Below are positions 23,244 to 37,752 of a stretch of DNA of 64,000 nt, one piece after another (positions within the stretch are counted from its first letter, which is position 1; every line of letters begins with the position of its first letter). Where the stretch lies: NCBI RefSeq assembly GCF_964355755.1, contig NC_092677.1, forward strand, positions 16,018,101 to 16,082,100. Reading direction: 5' to 3'. This stretch comes from Antedon mediterranea (lineage: Eukaryota; Animalia; Echinodermata). Made by a program: the position numbers and the translations under genes. The notes under the pieces were generated by a model that made no database searches, was not told where the DNA came from, and saw nothing but the letters and a program-made list of their open reading frames with translations.

Positions 23244-24459
23244 TTTAGCCTTGCCATGCCTAGGATTGTTTGGCAGTTTGTTGACATAATTAAGTTTATA
23301 AAATCCATATAAATAATAATATTTAATATCATTATTAAAAACCAAATGTTACTGTTTTAATCAATGTGAATGAAAATGTAGGCCTTGGTAGGCCTACCTT
23401 TTATTTGATTCGAATCACAGGAATCTATTTTAGATGTTATATAAAACAAATAATGAATGTTTTATATTCGTTTAATGGTACAAATAATGGCATTTGGTGA
23501 ATGATGAAAGGTTATATTTCACCTCATGCCATTATTTGTACCATTACACTCATAAACATTGATCGTTATATACAATATACATAATACAATACAGTATTAT
23601 ATTTATAAATTACTTATTTAATTTAACTTTACAATCAATTGTATTAATAATTAATGCATTTGACGTTAAAGGCCAAAACTCGAATAACGAAAGCTGATTA
23701 TTTTGGCCGGTCTTGTTTGACATTTTCAGCAATTTCGGTCGGTTGGTCGGTCGGTAAACACTAAATGTCGGTACACACTAACTCAAATTCATATTGTTTT
23801 CATCTTTGGGATATACGAACATACTAACGACAGCAACTTTAAGTTGCTCCAGACAGTAGCCCAAAAATGCACGTTGGGTCATGTCGAGACATTCAACATA
23901 TTATTTAAGAACAATAAACAATTATTCACTCATGTGAAAACAAAATTGAATTTTGAATAATTTATCGCAATACAGTACTTTCTGTAGACTTGCCCCAAGT
24001 TTGTATTTACTGTCTTTTTTTTTAGATTTTTGTCTGAAAATATCCAAGCTCAAGTATAGGGTTATGCGGTGTGACGTCACAACGATAGATGGCGCTGCGT
24101 GGTTGTTAGCGCAACCAAAAATGCGTTCAACGCTACTATGTTGATAAACACTATAGATCTGTGTTTCTATCAAATTATGTATCTTAGCTTGATTTTTTTT
24201 TAAACTTAAACTGTAGTTGAAGAATAAATAGATTTTTAAAAACAAATATTTAGTGATCTTTTTAAATTTTATTTTCTTTTTATTTAAAATTATTAATTTT
24301 TAAAATGACTACTTCGTTAAGCCTATTCCAAACCATTGGTGACAATGGAGTCACTCAGGCCTAAAGGGGTCGGGAAACACTTAATTTCATTTATTCCACA
24401 TTTATTTAGTCATCAATTACATCATAATAGCAATACAAATGATAACAAGGATCCTGCAT

Positions 24460-25390
24460 AAAAAAGCCAGTCTGTGGTTCTTTTTTGGCCAGCCTGTGGT
24501 CCCGAGGGCGCTAGCATGAAACGCACGGCCAGTCTGTGGTTCTTCTTTTGGCCAGCCTGTGGTCCGAGGGCGCTAGACATATCGGCGCTCGGTGAGGGCG
24601 CTAGAGATAACTTTTCCATGCTTTTCTAAAGTGAAAGCTTACGTTAGAACATTATAATATGTTAATTCGACGTTTATTACAATTGTTTGCCTATATTCTT
24701 AATAATTGATTGTTCATTCTTCTAGAGTAAAAGCTAGCTTTAGAGCATAGGCCTATGTCAATTCAACATTTATTACAATGATTTGCATATATTCTTAGTA
24801 ATTGATTGTTCATTCTTCTAGAGTAAAAGCTAACTTAAACTACAAAGAAGGATAATAAAGTTTAAAATGAATTAATAAATTGTGTTTGTGTTCTTGGCTG
24901 CTATATCATATACCACGTTAGATTTACTTCAAAATAATTGCTTGTTTGTACGTGCTGTTCCGTTTAAACTACAAACTGGCTGCTTACATCTCTAAACTAA
25001 TAACCAAAGATGACGATTCAAATATAACATTTTTATTAATATGCAAAAACAAAATGTCAATAAAACTGAACTGAAGTAATTACTAATAAATGTTTATAGA
25101 GGATATTTTTATGATTTTAGATTGCTAGTTCTTAACCAAGCCGAATTTAAAATATATATGTTTATTGACACAGTTTTATTTCGTCCGGCGATCCCATCCA
25201 AAATTGGCATCAGTTTATGGACTGATTATTTTTTATAAATAACGATTAGTATCAATGTTTCAATAAAAATTGTCAATCGTAATTAGCTTTTATAGGCCTA
25301 TAAGAATTATTTTAATGCTATATTTCTAGCGCCCTCGGGACCACAGGCTGGCCAAAAGTCTAGCGGCTTCGGACCACAGGCTGGCCAAAA
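24460..25390. mobile_element. Foldback/MITE-like element with inverted subterminal repeats
   Basis: ggccagcctgtggtcc(c)gagggcgctag is repeated at 24485-24603 and inverted twice at 25325-25390. Confidence 0.5.
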
Positions 25391-27739
25391 AATTCATACT
25401 CTCTTCCTTACTGTGTTGATATACTATTTTCAAGAAAGTAAAGATGTAGTATGATGCATGTACTGAAGAAATTGAGGAAACTTTGCGTTCACACGACGCG
25501 CCACGCGTCTTTCATTCGAGTAAAAAGAAAATTCTGCCCACGAGTGTAACATATTAAACTATGAGCTGATAGAAATAAGATATATTTACGTTATTATAAT
25601 ATTAATGGGCAAAAGTTTTTTTGGCGAACAAGAGTTCCATCGAGTACACTTTACAAAAGACGCATTCCCTACATATTGTGTATAGACTACGTCATTTTTT
25701 TTTGTAAAAATGAACCCTAAATGGGCCTATATTGCGATCTTTGCGTTGTCTTTAAACGGGTAAAAATCTGAAAAAGAAGTCGATTATAATAATCTAAGCG
25801 GCTAGTATTAAATACCGGCATGCATTGCGCGCAGATTATTTCATTTTGCTTCAAAATAGAGGCGACTGTTAATAAATTTACCGGATCTTCCCTGTTCTGT
25901 AAATGAAAGACAACGCGAGGATGTATTTTTTCTAATGCGAACTAAGCTTTAAATTAATAATGAATAATTGTTTAAAACAATATGATTCAGATTCAAACAA
26001 CTGTATTTACACATTATTGCCAACAAACTATTAGGTTGGACACAACGAAATAATTACGCAAACAAAATAATTAATGTCCTTTAGTAGATGAGGCATTTAA
26101 CTACGGTATTAAAAAACGCTATAAAAAGTAATTTTAAAACGTAGAAGATTCGACAACCTACTACGGAATTGGAGATGAAGTGAAGACGGACTTCTTGGTG
26201 AACACTACTGGATTGACATCCGGATTTGGTTTAAAGTCACCCTTACACTGAGAATATGGAGGTAATTAACTAACAGGAACTCATATATTGTATACAGTGT
26301 TTCTGACCATGTCAATAGTTTATATATCAAATGTCTATATTATAATACTTCTTTTTTCTCAGTTTTTTGGTTATTCTCAATTTAAGTCGACGGCTATCGG
26401 GTGATTATTTGGCAGTAATGTTTTCCACTTCGTTTTTTGGTGGTACTGTATAATACTTGCATACAGCATCGGAAATAACGATTATTAGCGATTATCACCC
26501 CAGCAAGGTGTTTTTGTTTCTTTTGGCAACTCACTCCCTTCTCCCTTGCCATCTTAACGACCTTTTCGCTCCCAATAATATCGTTCATAAATAAGACACC
26601 AGAACCAGCAATAACATATACACCCCTAACACCAACTATTTTCAACATAGCATTAGATACTCTGGACCACTCATTTACACTCCCCCCCCCCTACATTTCT
26701 TTTGTGAAAACATCCTTCCTTGAATGCTTAGCGCCCACACAACAATGCCTTTCTCTTTTTCTCACTTTCGATTTTTAAAAAAGGATTTTTTTAAGGCACA
26801 TTGCGTAGGCCTATATTAATATTTTTCGTATGTTAAAATGAAAAATATATTCCTATATTATTATCATTATAATATGTATAAAAATATAAATATTCTTCAA
26901 TACCTCTACCAAGGAACCTACACAATGTCATTGGATCTGACCAACTCACAGGACTTATCTATGGCATACACATGGACATGCGCAGTTACATGCGCACTTA
27001 GGATCATGGTGCAACGTGGGAGTTTATCAGTAAAGACGTATGGGACTATTTGACAAAAAGTTTGCCAAACTTCATGACGGCTGGAACTAGTGAAGACAAC
27101 TGGCTGTATGAGTTTATATCATTATTTAGCTCCCATTAAGGTCTCACGGTCATGTACGTCCAATGCGAGTAATTTGACCAATCACAAGCGATGCCTCATC
27201 TGAACTGTCGCTTGTGATTGGTCAAACTTGAGCTTCAGTGTTTAAAAACTGAAATAATTACACCACTGTAGAGTGTATTGTATTTAAGTGCCACAATCTT
27301 AAATGTTAAAATGGGCTGACCATTGAATAGAACGAAATAACCAGTTCTACGTCATACGAAATCAACTAATCAAGTGGCAAGAATATACTTTTGTGATAAT
27401 GTTGATTAGGTTTTATGCTACTGTGCTTATTATTAACACATTTCAACATCTTTTCAACAGATTACAGTGGCCTGAAGAATAATGGAGTTTTGAAAATGAA
27501 AAAAAGACTGCTGCTTAATCATGACATTTCAGCTACCCAATTGTTAATCCATGGTTTGTGTACAATGCCAGCCAGGTCTTTTTTTCTGTAGCAGCCCCGA
27601 CGTTTTGATATAGTCATTCAAATATTCTGGAGGGCAGAGCATTAGTTTAGACAATGGCTGCATTTTCAGTCAACGTGTAGTTACTGTATTGTACCTGTAC
27701 CGTTTTTTTTTTTATCATCAGGCCAACTTGAAAGTCATC

Positions 27740-27877
27740 TGTTGAGCCGTGAAATGCGCAAAAAGTCACATTTGTGCAAACAAAACCACATTTGTGCAAA
27801 CATGCCATCTTCAAATATGCATCTTTAAAAATTTATAATCCACTAATGTGACTTTTTGCACATTTCATGGCTCAACA
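27740..27877. repeat. Short inverted-repeat element (MITE-like)
   Basis: tgttgagccgtgaaatgcgcaaaaagtcacatt ... aatgtgactttttgcacatttcatggctcaaca. Confidence 0.55.
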
Positions 27878-28706
27878 TTGTCTATCTCAACATATTAAAT
27901 CAAATCAATTTTATACTGACACTTACAAAATCTGATGGGTTCTAGCATGAAGGGGTTTCCTCCATTTTTCAAGTAGTAGGCATGCGCAATCTACCGAGAG
28001 TATCATGTTTATTTACCGTGCTACGTCACGCATGTGTGGTTTAGGCTACGACAAGAATAACAATGCTCCAACAATGCGAATAAACAAAAGTCACAGTTCA
28101 CTACACCCATAGTTTATGAAATGTAAGTGTACCACAACCACCATATTTAACAGGTAAGGAAATGCTTAGCCTATAATAATATTCCTGCATCTTATGTCGT
28201 TAAATTCGTTCAATTGAAGGAAGTATCGACAACTAAAGGAAGTTCCACAGAGCTGATGCCTATATATCACCTTACTAAAGTAAGTAATAATATTTGCTAT
28301 AATGTTTGTCTATTAGGCCTATATAAATAATGATTGTTATTATAAATTATGTGTAAAGTTTATCTGAATTCAATTATCTGGTATATTAGGGTTAAAATTA
28401 AAACAGTATGTAAAGGGAAGTGACATGTTTGGATTCTTAGAGCTGAGAGTTTGGAATTTGGAAACGTATATACTAGGATTAAGGAACATTCGTCAAGTTC
28501 GTAGTTAAACCAAGGTTACCCTTAGTTTAAAAAGATCAGTAGTTTTAGTTTAACAATATCATAATAGGCCAATCTACTCAACATGATCCGCTCAACAATC
28601 CGAAAGTATTTATTAGTATAACAATAGTCGTTTAAAATGTCATTGAGCCTTAAACCAACGAGGCCTACGGTTACTCAAATTCATACCAAACTGTCTTTCC
28701 TCTAAC

Positions 28707-29780
28707 GGGTGTCACGAAACCTAAGACCACGAAAGCTAAGACCCCCTAAGACCTAAGATCATGAAAGCTAAGACCCAAGACCTAAGATTACAAATATTTA
28801 TCTTGTATTTTAACTCCCAACATTTATTCTGAATACCACACCTTAGAATTGGCACTTTCATGAAAAAGAATCACATAAAAAGTAACAAATACATTTTTAA
28901 ATTGATGATTTTACAGACGTTTTTCTCGCACACAAAATGACTAGCCTACAGCACACTAGAAGTAGGCCTACCCCATGTTCAATGTTTTTGTTTCTATGGA
29001 ACGTCAAAAGAGCAAAAATTATATAGAGGGCTGAAAACTCTGTGGAGTTCATTACATCTACAGTGTGGATGGAACAATGTAAAATTAAAATTGTAATGAT
29101 AATAGTATAATCATGCAAGTACGAAGAAATAAATACTGGCAAATAAATTTTAACTTAAAAATTATGATAAGTTTTTTTGTTTCGTTTTCTTTCTGTTTCT
29201 ATACTTGTACTATTATTGTTGCTCTTTTGGCGCTCCATAGAAACAAAAACATTGAGCATGGGGAGCTCGAGGAGTTACATTACAGTATACAAAGAAACAC
29301 GTCTGTAAAATCAGGATGGGAAAGGATTTATTTATTTGTTATTATGTGTTTCTCCTTCTGAAAGTACTTATACAAAGTCCTAATTTTAAAGTGTGGTATT
29401 CAGGATAAAGTTAGTCAACAAATTTGGAGTCAAAATACAAGAAAGGCAGGTGCGTAAGAAAAACATCCTCTGAACCAACGCTTTGGAGTAAATATATACC
29501 AACAAACAACCCGTCAAGTTTGTTTGTTGTAAAGAAAAAATATACATTTACTCAACGGGCGAAAATAATGTGAGTTTATCTATGTTTTGCGGTAGTATTA
29601 AATTATATTTATGGTAATAAATGAAACCTACTGTGTTTAAAATTGTGTATGGATAAACAAGTATTGTTTTTAAGCTGTAGTATATCTTAGAATTTGTAAT
29701 CTTAGGTCTTGGGTCTTAGCTTTCGTGATCTTAGGTCTTAGGGGCTCTTAGCTTTCGTGGTCTTAGGTTTCGTGACACCC
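28707..29780. mobile_element. MULE-like foldback element with 10-bp TSD
   Basis: ~90-bp TIRs (GGGTGTCACGAAACCTAAGACC...) built of ctaagac subrepeats, exact flanking duplication TTCCTCTAAC, and a further internal inverted repeat (28800-29010 vs 29220-29440). Confidence 0.85.
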
Positions 29781-29890
29781 TTCCTCTAACACACATTTTA
29801 CCGTGTGTAAGTGAATAGTGCCAGTGAATCTTGCGATCAGCCTACTCTGAAATGCTGGTCTTTGTTTTGATGCAGCATTTAATTAAATTT

Positions 29891-30005
29891 AAAACAAGGC
29901 CATATACATGGCTGCAGTCGCGTGCTCAAATTTGAGTTAGTGTTTACCGACCGACCAACCGACCGACATAGTGAGCTGTAGAGTTGCATCTGCACGCGAC
30001 TAAAA
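29891..30005 (-). mobile_element. Short HINE/DINE-like element
   Basis: aacaaggcc...ggctgcagtcgcgtg, (CCGA)n and cacgcgactaaaa; same architecture as 2091-2855. Confidence 0.7.
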
Positions 30006-30765
30006 ATATTAAATTATAATAAGTGGCCAAAGAGCGTTCCATTGAATTTTAGAATATGAAATGATAGCTGGTGTACTATTACTGAACCTCCCTATCTTTA
30101 TGTTATCTGTCATTTGATCATATATTTGACGTCTTCATTCATCATTGTTTATTTATTACCGTTTTTCTTTAGAATATTATTATAATTATTTTAATCTATC
30201 TAGCATATATATTTATATACTATACCGTTAAATAAATAAAACAGTCATTGATTATTAAATACCGGAATAATGAGTTCATTTACCTTTGATCTTAAAAGTC
30301 GAATCTATAACCATGATGAACTTTACCAGCTGCCCAATAAGGATAACCTATAAACGCTCTACTTAGGATCTAGTAAACCACAGGAAGTGCTCATTGTATA
30401 ATGATGAAGTTCATTATTGTTATCGCGCGGTAAATGCAAATGATCTTTGCCGTCTGGCGTTAATGTATCTGTGAAGTGCATTTTACACAGTAACCAAAGA
30501 ATGTTTAGCTTCAAAGAAAAGATGTCATAATGAACAGACCGTTATATCCTCCAACGAAACTATAATCAGCTCAGTTAATTCAATCATTCACCATACTGTA
30601 GTAACTCTCTTGCATATTTTAAGATTGTTATCTTTTCCTATTGTGGTCTTCTAACCTTCAACAGTTGTTTAAAATTTGTCAACATGCATTTACTATTGGA
30701 CAAATACAACGGAATATGAACTACAAATTATGATTTTGTTTTATTTTAGGATTGTCTAATGAAGA

Positions 30766-33700
30766 ATGTTCAACAAGGGAAGGTATGCCTACGATAGAGT
30801 TCAATTGGAAGAAGTTAGTTCAGAGGAAGAATACAGACCAGCCTCACCAGTTGTGAGGAGTCCACCTCATCCGTTTCCAGAAAGAAAAAAGCATGCCGTT
30901 AGAACACAGCAACCACCGATGCGATGCTGCTGTCTAAATGAACTATGTGTAAAATGTCTTTACTTATTTGTCGTCGGGCTTGTAATGCTGGCTGGATTTC
31001 TTATAATATTAAACATAATCAAACATAATTCTTCATCAGGAGGAAACTCAAATGTTGGAAGTGATAGAAAGCCAGTTATTCAAGTTATAAATGACACCAA
31101 CTCTGGTATATCATCTGATTTTCCGGTTTGCTCAAAATTAGAGGTACATCAAGTATGGGTTCAGAATTTTCCACAGCTTCTTACAGAAACTGCAGTGCGT
31201 TTGGTAGATGTAAACAAAGACGGTATATTAGATGCTATACTTGGTTTTGCAACAGGTGAGATCTCTGACATTAGAAAAAAATATATGAACGAATCCACGA
31301 TTCAAATATAAAACAACTATTGTGTCAAAAAATGTGTGATATAAACGTCATGAAGTTCGTTTGAAACGACACTATAAAAATATTCGCAATGCAATTCGAA
31401 GGGTAAAATATCGAGTATACTGCGTCTCGATGTTTCATTTAATATTAAATTGTACTCGAATGTTACAGGCGTGTCGTCTTGTTCGAGGCTAACTAACAGT
31501 AATTACTCTTATTTTGTTTTCCATTTTATTTGCATAGGCATACCCAGCACAAGATGTCCTCATCTTCTCGGGATTATGCCTTCCTCCATAGCCAATTTTC
31601 TTTAATTCACTTTTCTTTTGTATATCCAACAATCATCTTTTTCATTTTTAATATACCTTACCATTTCTGTTTATTATTTTGTATTGTATTGCTATGGAGG
31701 AAAATAAATGTCTTTTGAAATGAAATGAGTACTATCTTTCTTATTCAGTATAGTATAAGTTAACTTATCTTCTCTTAGGTGCCGGTAGTCCGTTTGCTGA
31801 TCCAGACCTCGTATGTAGAATCTATTTTGACGGGCAAGTACCCTGTTTTGGTGGAGTGCTTGCATTAGATGGTATCACAGGAAATGAGATTTGGCGACAC
31901 TGGTCTGAGCAAGAGGTATTTGCTCTGAATTGTAACGCTGACATCACTGGAGATGGTGTCTCCGACTGTGTATGTTCAGGTAGAATGGGGGTAAGTGGTT
32001 TGAAATTGAGTTCCCTTCTAAAAACTAGCTAGTGATTGGGAAATGATTCGTGTTTCTAAATGCATTTTCACAACAATTTGGCCAAAGTAGTAAAATGGCT
32101 TATCACTATTCAAAACATACCAAAATACTTCTTCAGACTTTAAGAGGAATTGGCAATATATAGTTTTATTATGTTGTGATTATTATTAATTAGATTAGGG
32201 CTACTTATGTTGAGTGTTTCTATAAAACCATGACAAATAGTATCAGCGATACTTATTGGACAAAGAAAGTTGATAGTCAGATTAATTCACGATATTGAAT
32301 GAATAAACCAAAATATGTGGTACTCAAGCATATTTATACAAAGTGTTTAAATATCAATCTTATAGATGTTTGAATTAATAAGCGGTAGTGACGGAGTGAG
32401 ATTATGGGTTTTCGACAATCATGCATCTAAGGTGTCTATCAGTAACTTCTATACAGCACAGTTCCTCCACGACATCGATGGTGATGATGTTCAAGACATC
32501 CTAACAGTGCATGGAGGTGATCCGTTAAGGAAACCAGGTAAAGGCAGGAATCATGCCAACCAAAGATTAGGCCTACTATTGTAGAAGATGTAAACTCTGA
32601 AAACCGGACAATTAACACCGGTGTAGTCTCTTAGAAAATTTGCAACATTTTACATTTTAGGTGCTAATGTCAGTTATGCTGGGCGAGTAATGCTGTTTAG
32701 TGGTGCGACTGGTCAGCTCATCACGTGGTCTAAGGTTCCTGATGGAATGGAATCGTATTATTCACCTCAGGTGTGTTTACAAACTGACCTATAATGCTTA
32801 TTATTTGTTTATGCATATCTATTGTTGTTATTCATTTTGCTCATACTACGGTTAGTTCAAGTAGGCCTGTTACTTAATTATCACGAATCATTCTAACACG
32901 TACGTACTGCTATTTCTTTAATTTCCCAGGTCTATTACAACAGTCAAGGGGAAGAAGTTGTACTCTTTGGGACAGGTGGTGAAACACATGGAGGTTCACT
33001 TTGGATAATCAAACTGCAAGACGTTATTAACGGCAAGATACAAGAGGTATGTGGATTTTTATAGACTGGTTATTAAAAATATTTTGTGTGTTAAAAATCA
33101 CCCACACATTACCTTAGATAGTTAGAGAAAATGAGTGGATATGCTAAGCTATGTGTAAACGCCCTAGGATGAACTGGGTCTTTTCAGAGTACCATGGGTT
33201 CCATGACAGACAGTTGGACTAAACTAATGAACATCATAACGATCCTTGTCAATGTTTATGTATTTAATAGTAACCTAACTGCTAGTTCTTTTCAATTAGG
33301 CAAGGTGCTTGTACAAGGATGTATATAAGGGCGTCATGACTCCGCCTGTCTTGCTTGATTTAACAGGTGACAGTGTACTGGATATAGTTATTGCAACTTT
33401 TAATTCAACCGTATTGGCTATAAACGGTGATAATTATGAAAGGATATGGAACTTTTCTATGCCAATGTCAGAAACGTATGCAACTCCTGCACCGGGATTC
33501 TTCAACGATGACGATGTTCCGGATTTTTTAGTAATATTCAATCATGGACCAACATTTCCAGTTTACTATTACTCAGAGGTAAGTTCATCTTCATTCTTCG
33601 AAGTTCAAAAATATAAATCTGTATGGCATATGACGTCGTCTTTTTTCATCAAAGTCATCAGACGCAATTCCGTCGATTCTCGGTTCAGGAGTGACTGGTT

Positions 33701-36700
33701 CAGGTGTTGGGTATGATTAACGATCGTCTCGAGAAAATGTACCGTACCGCTAGGGAACCACGACGAAACAATTACGCAAATAGAAATGTGTCTACTTATT
33801 CGTTATATCAAGATCTTTTATTGTCATTATTATAATTAATATTATTGTAGGCCTAATTCTAGATTACTGAGTTGTATGTCCGGGTTAACCGCCATTTTAA
33901 CCCATTCATCATTATCTATTCTTTGACATATTGTGATGATAATTACCGTAGATAAACTACAAACAGATGGCTCTATACATTATTATAACGATTGGTATCA
34001 TTTGTTTTTCTAAATTATTTTTCTAGGTTACTGTTTTGGATGGCAAGACAGGTGAACCTCTAATTCAACCATTTATCCGTCATTCGGGAAGTATTCAGAG
34101 TTCTCCACTCACAGTTAGCATTGAAGGAACAGGGCAGGATATGTTTTTATATTTCGCCTCGGATTGCCTCAATCATGAAGGAAAAAGTACTAAATTCTCA
34201 TTCACTAAATGTAAGTACTTTATTGTTTTTAACCAAAGACTAAATAGTATCTTTAAATATAGTAACTTTAAAAAACTTTTTTTGTAAAATGGTGGTATGG
34301 CGAATTCTGAGTAAAATAAGCAATAAGCTGTTGTGATAATCCTTGGAATTATTTGTGAATTTCACGAGTAAGTTACAATTTTACAAATTTCCCTGTTTGA
34401 AGATAAGGAAGGCAATGTTAGGAAGAGGCAGCTTTCTTTCCACCACTCATCCCTTCAACCGGGTACTCGTCGTTTAAATTAGGCCTACAGCGGACTGTGA
34501 ATAGTTCGTAATTGAAATTTAACACAGGATTTCTGTATGAGTATAAGTCTCCCTAACCACAGCCCAACTCTATATATATTGTATCAGTTACAAGTTCTTT
34601 CTTTACACTGTAGCTACGTTCCAGTCATCAAAAAGTAGGGCGGATTTTTGCAAAGTTCGTTTCAACACTAGTTCATATTCACGTCTCTATGCAATGAGCT
34701 ATTCGACCGGCAGCCCTGGTTCTATCGTGTATAACTCTTGTAAGTTGTATTTGTTTTATAAAATGCAGTAGGCTTTATAAACAGAATTGTTTATTTTGTC
34801 ACATGAAAATAATATCGAAATAGATGACTTACGTTTCCCATTACCAAACGAGAACGAACGAATGTGATTTTGAGATATTTGATAGATCGCCAACCAACTA
34901 TAGGTTGTTGTGACCAATCCAGTAAAAGAAATCTCTTGAAAATCACAATTTTACACAATTAAAACAACACCACTGTATCACAAACAGCAATTAACAAGGC
35001 CATATACATGGCTGCAGTCGCGTGCTCAAGTTATTGTTTACCGACCGACCAACCGACTGACCGACCAACCGTCCGACATGGTGAGCTATAGACTAAAAAA
35101 CTAGACTAAAATTATATAACAAATCCTACATTTATTATTTTTTAGTAAGTCATACTTCTGATGAGTACAGACACAGCGTCAATACAAGTGTATTAGCTGA
35201 TAACTTTCTCAAAAAGTTTCCTGGTACAGCAGAATATGTGATCAATAGACGGGTAAAATAAAAATATTCATAGCTTCTTTATAGACATAGATATACTTTA
35301 TTGTCACATAATAATTGTAAAATGTGAGACTCAGCTCCCCGTTACATTCGTAATAAAAAACACCATGTAAAAACATCAATACAATTCGATATAAGTCAAA
35401 TACATTGTAGGCCTATGTACAGTTCATTAAAAGTAATTGTTTGTTAAAGAGACGAATTGAGAAGGGAATAAAAGAGTTGTTAAACCTATTTGTTTTGTCA
35501 AAGGATGACGTAGGCATAGATAAACATGTTATGGTCTTTTCTATATGTCTACATTTACATCCGATGTATGATTTTGCTGATGTGTGTCATAACAATCTGT
35601 ACCTGGTAATCGCGTGTCTCACGCATTTTCCGTGTGCCACACGCGATGCAATGGTATTTTATCAAATATCAACAGTAGTAAAGAATATACTCCTAACTTG
35701 TATCATTCGTTTATTTTGTGACAGAGACAACAACACCAAAAAAAACCTACAAACTATAAAGAGACGAATAACCATGGGCATAAAGGTCACCAGTTTGTGG
35801 ACTACGTTCCAACTACTACATCACATCTCAGACCCACAGAATCTAGAATCGGTGACGCGTCATCACTTTCAAAAACAGAGGAAACCCGACATATGTTTGT
35901 TACATACCCCAGTGATGATTCATATCTCGGAAACTTTTTATATAATAAAGAACACGCGTCAGATAGTTTAGATTCTTATAACGAAATTAAAACTGTTACT
36001 CAAAAGGCCAAAGAATTAGAAAAACATACACAAAGTCAAGAATCAAATAAGCAATCAAAACATTCAAAGAAACACAAATTGTTGCAATTAGTTGAAGAAA
36101 TGATGCAAGATTCTGGGGTTTCTAACCCTGGGATTGAGAATGTCATAACGCCAGATAACCTCAATGGCAATGATTATCGAAATCGGGGAAAGCGACATGC
36201 AGGCCCTCACGATTCTGGTGGTCTTCAACGCTTGATCGCAACTGGTACATTAGTTCCACGCCTCCATCGTGGTAGTGATGGCATTGATTTGATATTTCCA
36301 GTTTACTGGTTCTATCCATCAGAAACGGAGGTAGTTTTATGCTTTCGATTAGTAAGGCATTAGGTCGTCATAAAATACGCTCATGGCATTATGATATAGT
36401 TGTTAAATACACATGTTTCCAATAATATAGTGTATATTTTTATAAATGAAATAGTTTTGCAAAGAACAACTTTAAATGATAAACATATAAGGAGTTCCTT
36501 ATTTCTAATTGAAAAAGTACATACATACAAAACATAGATATGTATTACACATACGATATAATTTCGCATTGATTGTTGATTATGTTGAACAACATTTTAT
36601 AACATAACATAATAAAGTACATATTTTCTTCTTGTCAACAAAGTGTAGGAAAAGCTAAGGAGGAAACAACAAGAAAAACTTAGGTCATCTCCCCCTTAAA

Positions 36701-37752
36701 TCATATTGTGTACAATTAGGTTATGACGTAAGGGAATATAGATTATAATAAAGTTCAGAAAAGAGCAACATTTGCCTATGATAAAAAGGTGCTGATACAT
36801 TAAACTATAATATTATTTTGGCCTTGATTTACTTCAGATTCTAACCGAAGACGAACAGAACTGTGTAGATCGCAAGATGGAGGTAGAAGGTGATAGAATG
36901 AACATTGACAGTAAGTATTCATTTTAATGTTAACTCTACCTTCCATTTTAATGTCACATAATTGTTACCCACTTTGACCAAAAATTAAATCGAAACAAAA
37001 GTTTTACCTGAAAAAAATGGAATTTAAAGCAAAGATGATATTAATCAATTTAGTTTAATCTCTGAACTGCATCTACCCTCATTTGTTTTCAAGGTAAATA
37101 TTATGGGATGGATCACGACGCATATGAGCAAGTTGTAGAAGACGAATGCAAAGGAAATAATTCTGGTAATTATATCAATGCTTTAAAACTAATAATTTAA
37201 ATAAAGTTTTTGTTTGTGAAAATGTTTTAGATTATCGAAATTCTCAAAATGTTAATTTCTGAATGATTTCCAACTTGCTCATGTCTTTTATCAGCTTCCT
37301 GCTTCCACAACATTTAAGTTGTCGTCAAATATGAACGGTACTAATCGAGCCGATTGTAAACGAAATATTATTTAATGAAAAATGTATTACTAGGCTACTA
37401 ATTTCAAAGAGCAGTAGACCGAACTTCCAGGCACGATACTGCAGTCTGTTTGCTGTCGTTAGACACGATACCAAATGGCTATTGGCTATAAAAAGCTTAT
37501 TTACCAATGATCTTTTTTTTTCTAGATTCTTTGAAAAAGGCAGAGGAGATATTACTTACAGATCCACTTAAAATGTACCCATTTAATCTTCATATGGGTG
37601 AGATGACGGTTTACCGGTTACACTTAACATGTGCATGCGCACAACCACCATGTGCGCGTGTACTTCCATTCAGACAACAAGCATGGCCGTCATATCTTGG
37701 GGCACGTGCAAATAGTCTATACGTTCACAGAAAATGGGGAAAGAAAATTTGA
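30766..37752 (+). CDS. FAM234: FAM234-like (FG-GAP/integrin-alpha N-terminal-like beta-propeller) type II membrane protein, ~924 aa, 13 coding exons
   Basis: Exons 30766-31255, 31779-31990, 32366-32537, 32661-32770, 32930-33046, 33300-33578, 34027-34210, 34614-34739, 35146-35252, 35725-36330, 36838-36910, 37094-37165 and 37526-37752. All introns are GT-AG with consistent phases (2775 nt). N-terminal TM helix followed by repeated DVNKDGILD/DITGDGVSD/DIDGDDVQD/DLTGDSVLD/FNDDDVPD motifs. Confidence 0.88.
34993..35100 (-). mobile_element. Short HINE/DINE-like element (intronic, partial)
   Basis: Near-identical to 29891-30005. Confidence 0.65.

Noticed and set aside
26160-28280. Candidate 5'-UTR exons of the FAM234-like gene
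   Set aside because: Only donor-like motifs are visible; boundaries cannot be fixed without transcripts, so they are not listed as features.
35441-35971. 176-aa plus-strand ORF
   Set aside because: Intron sequence plus an alternative frame of FAM234-like exon 10; non-ATG start.
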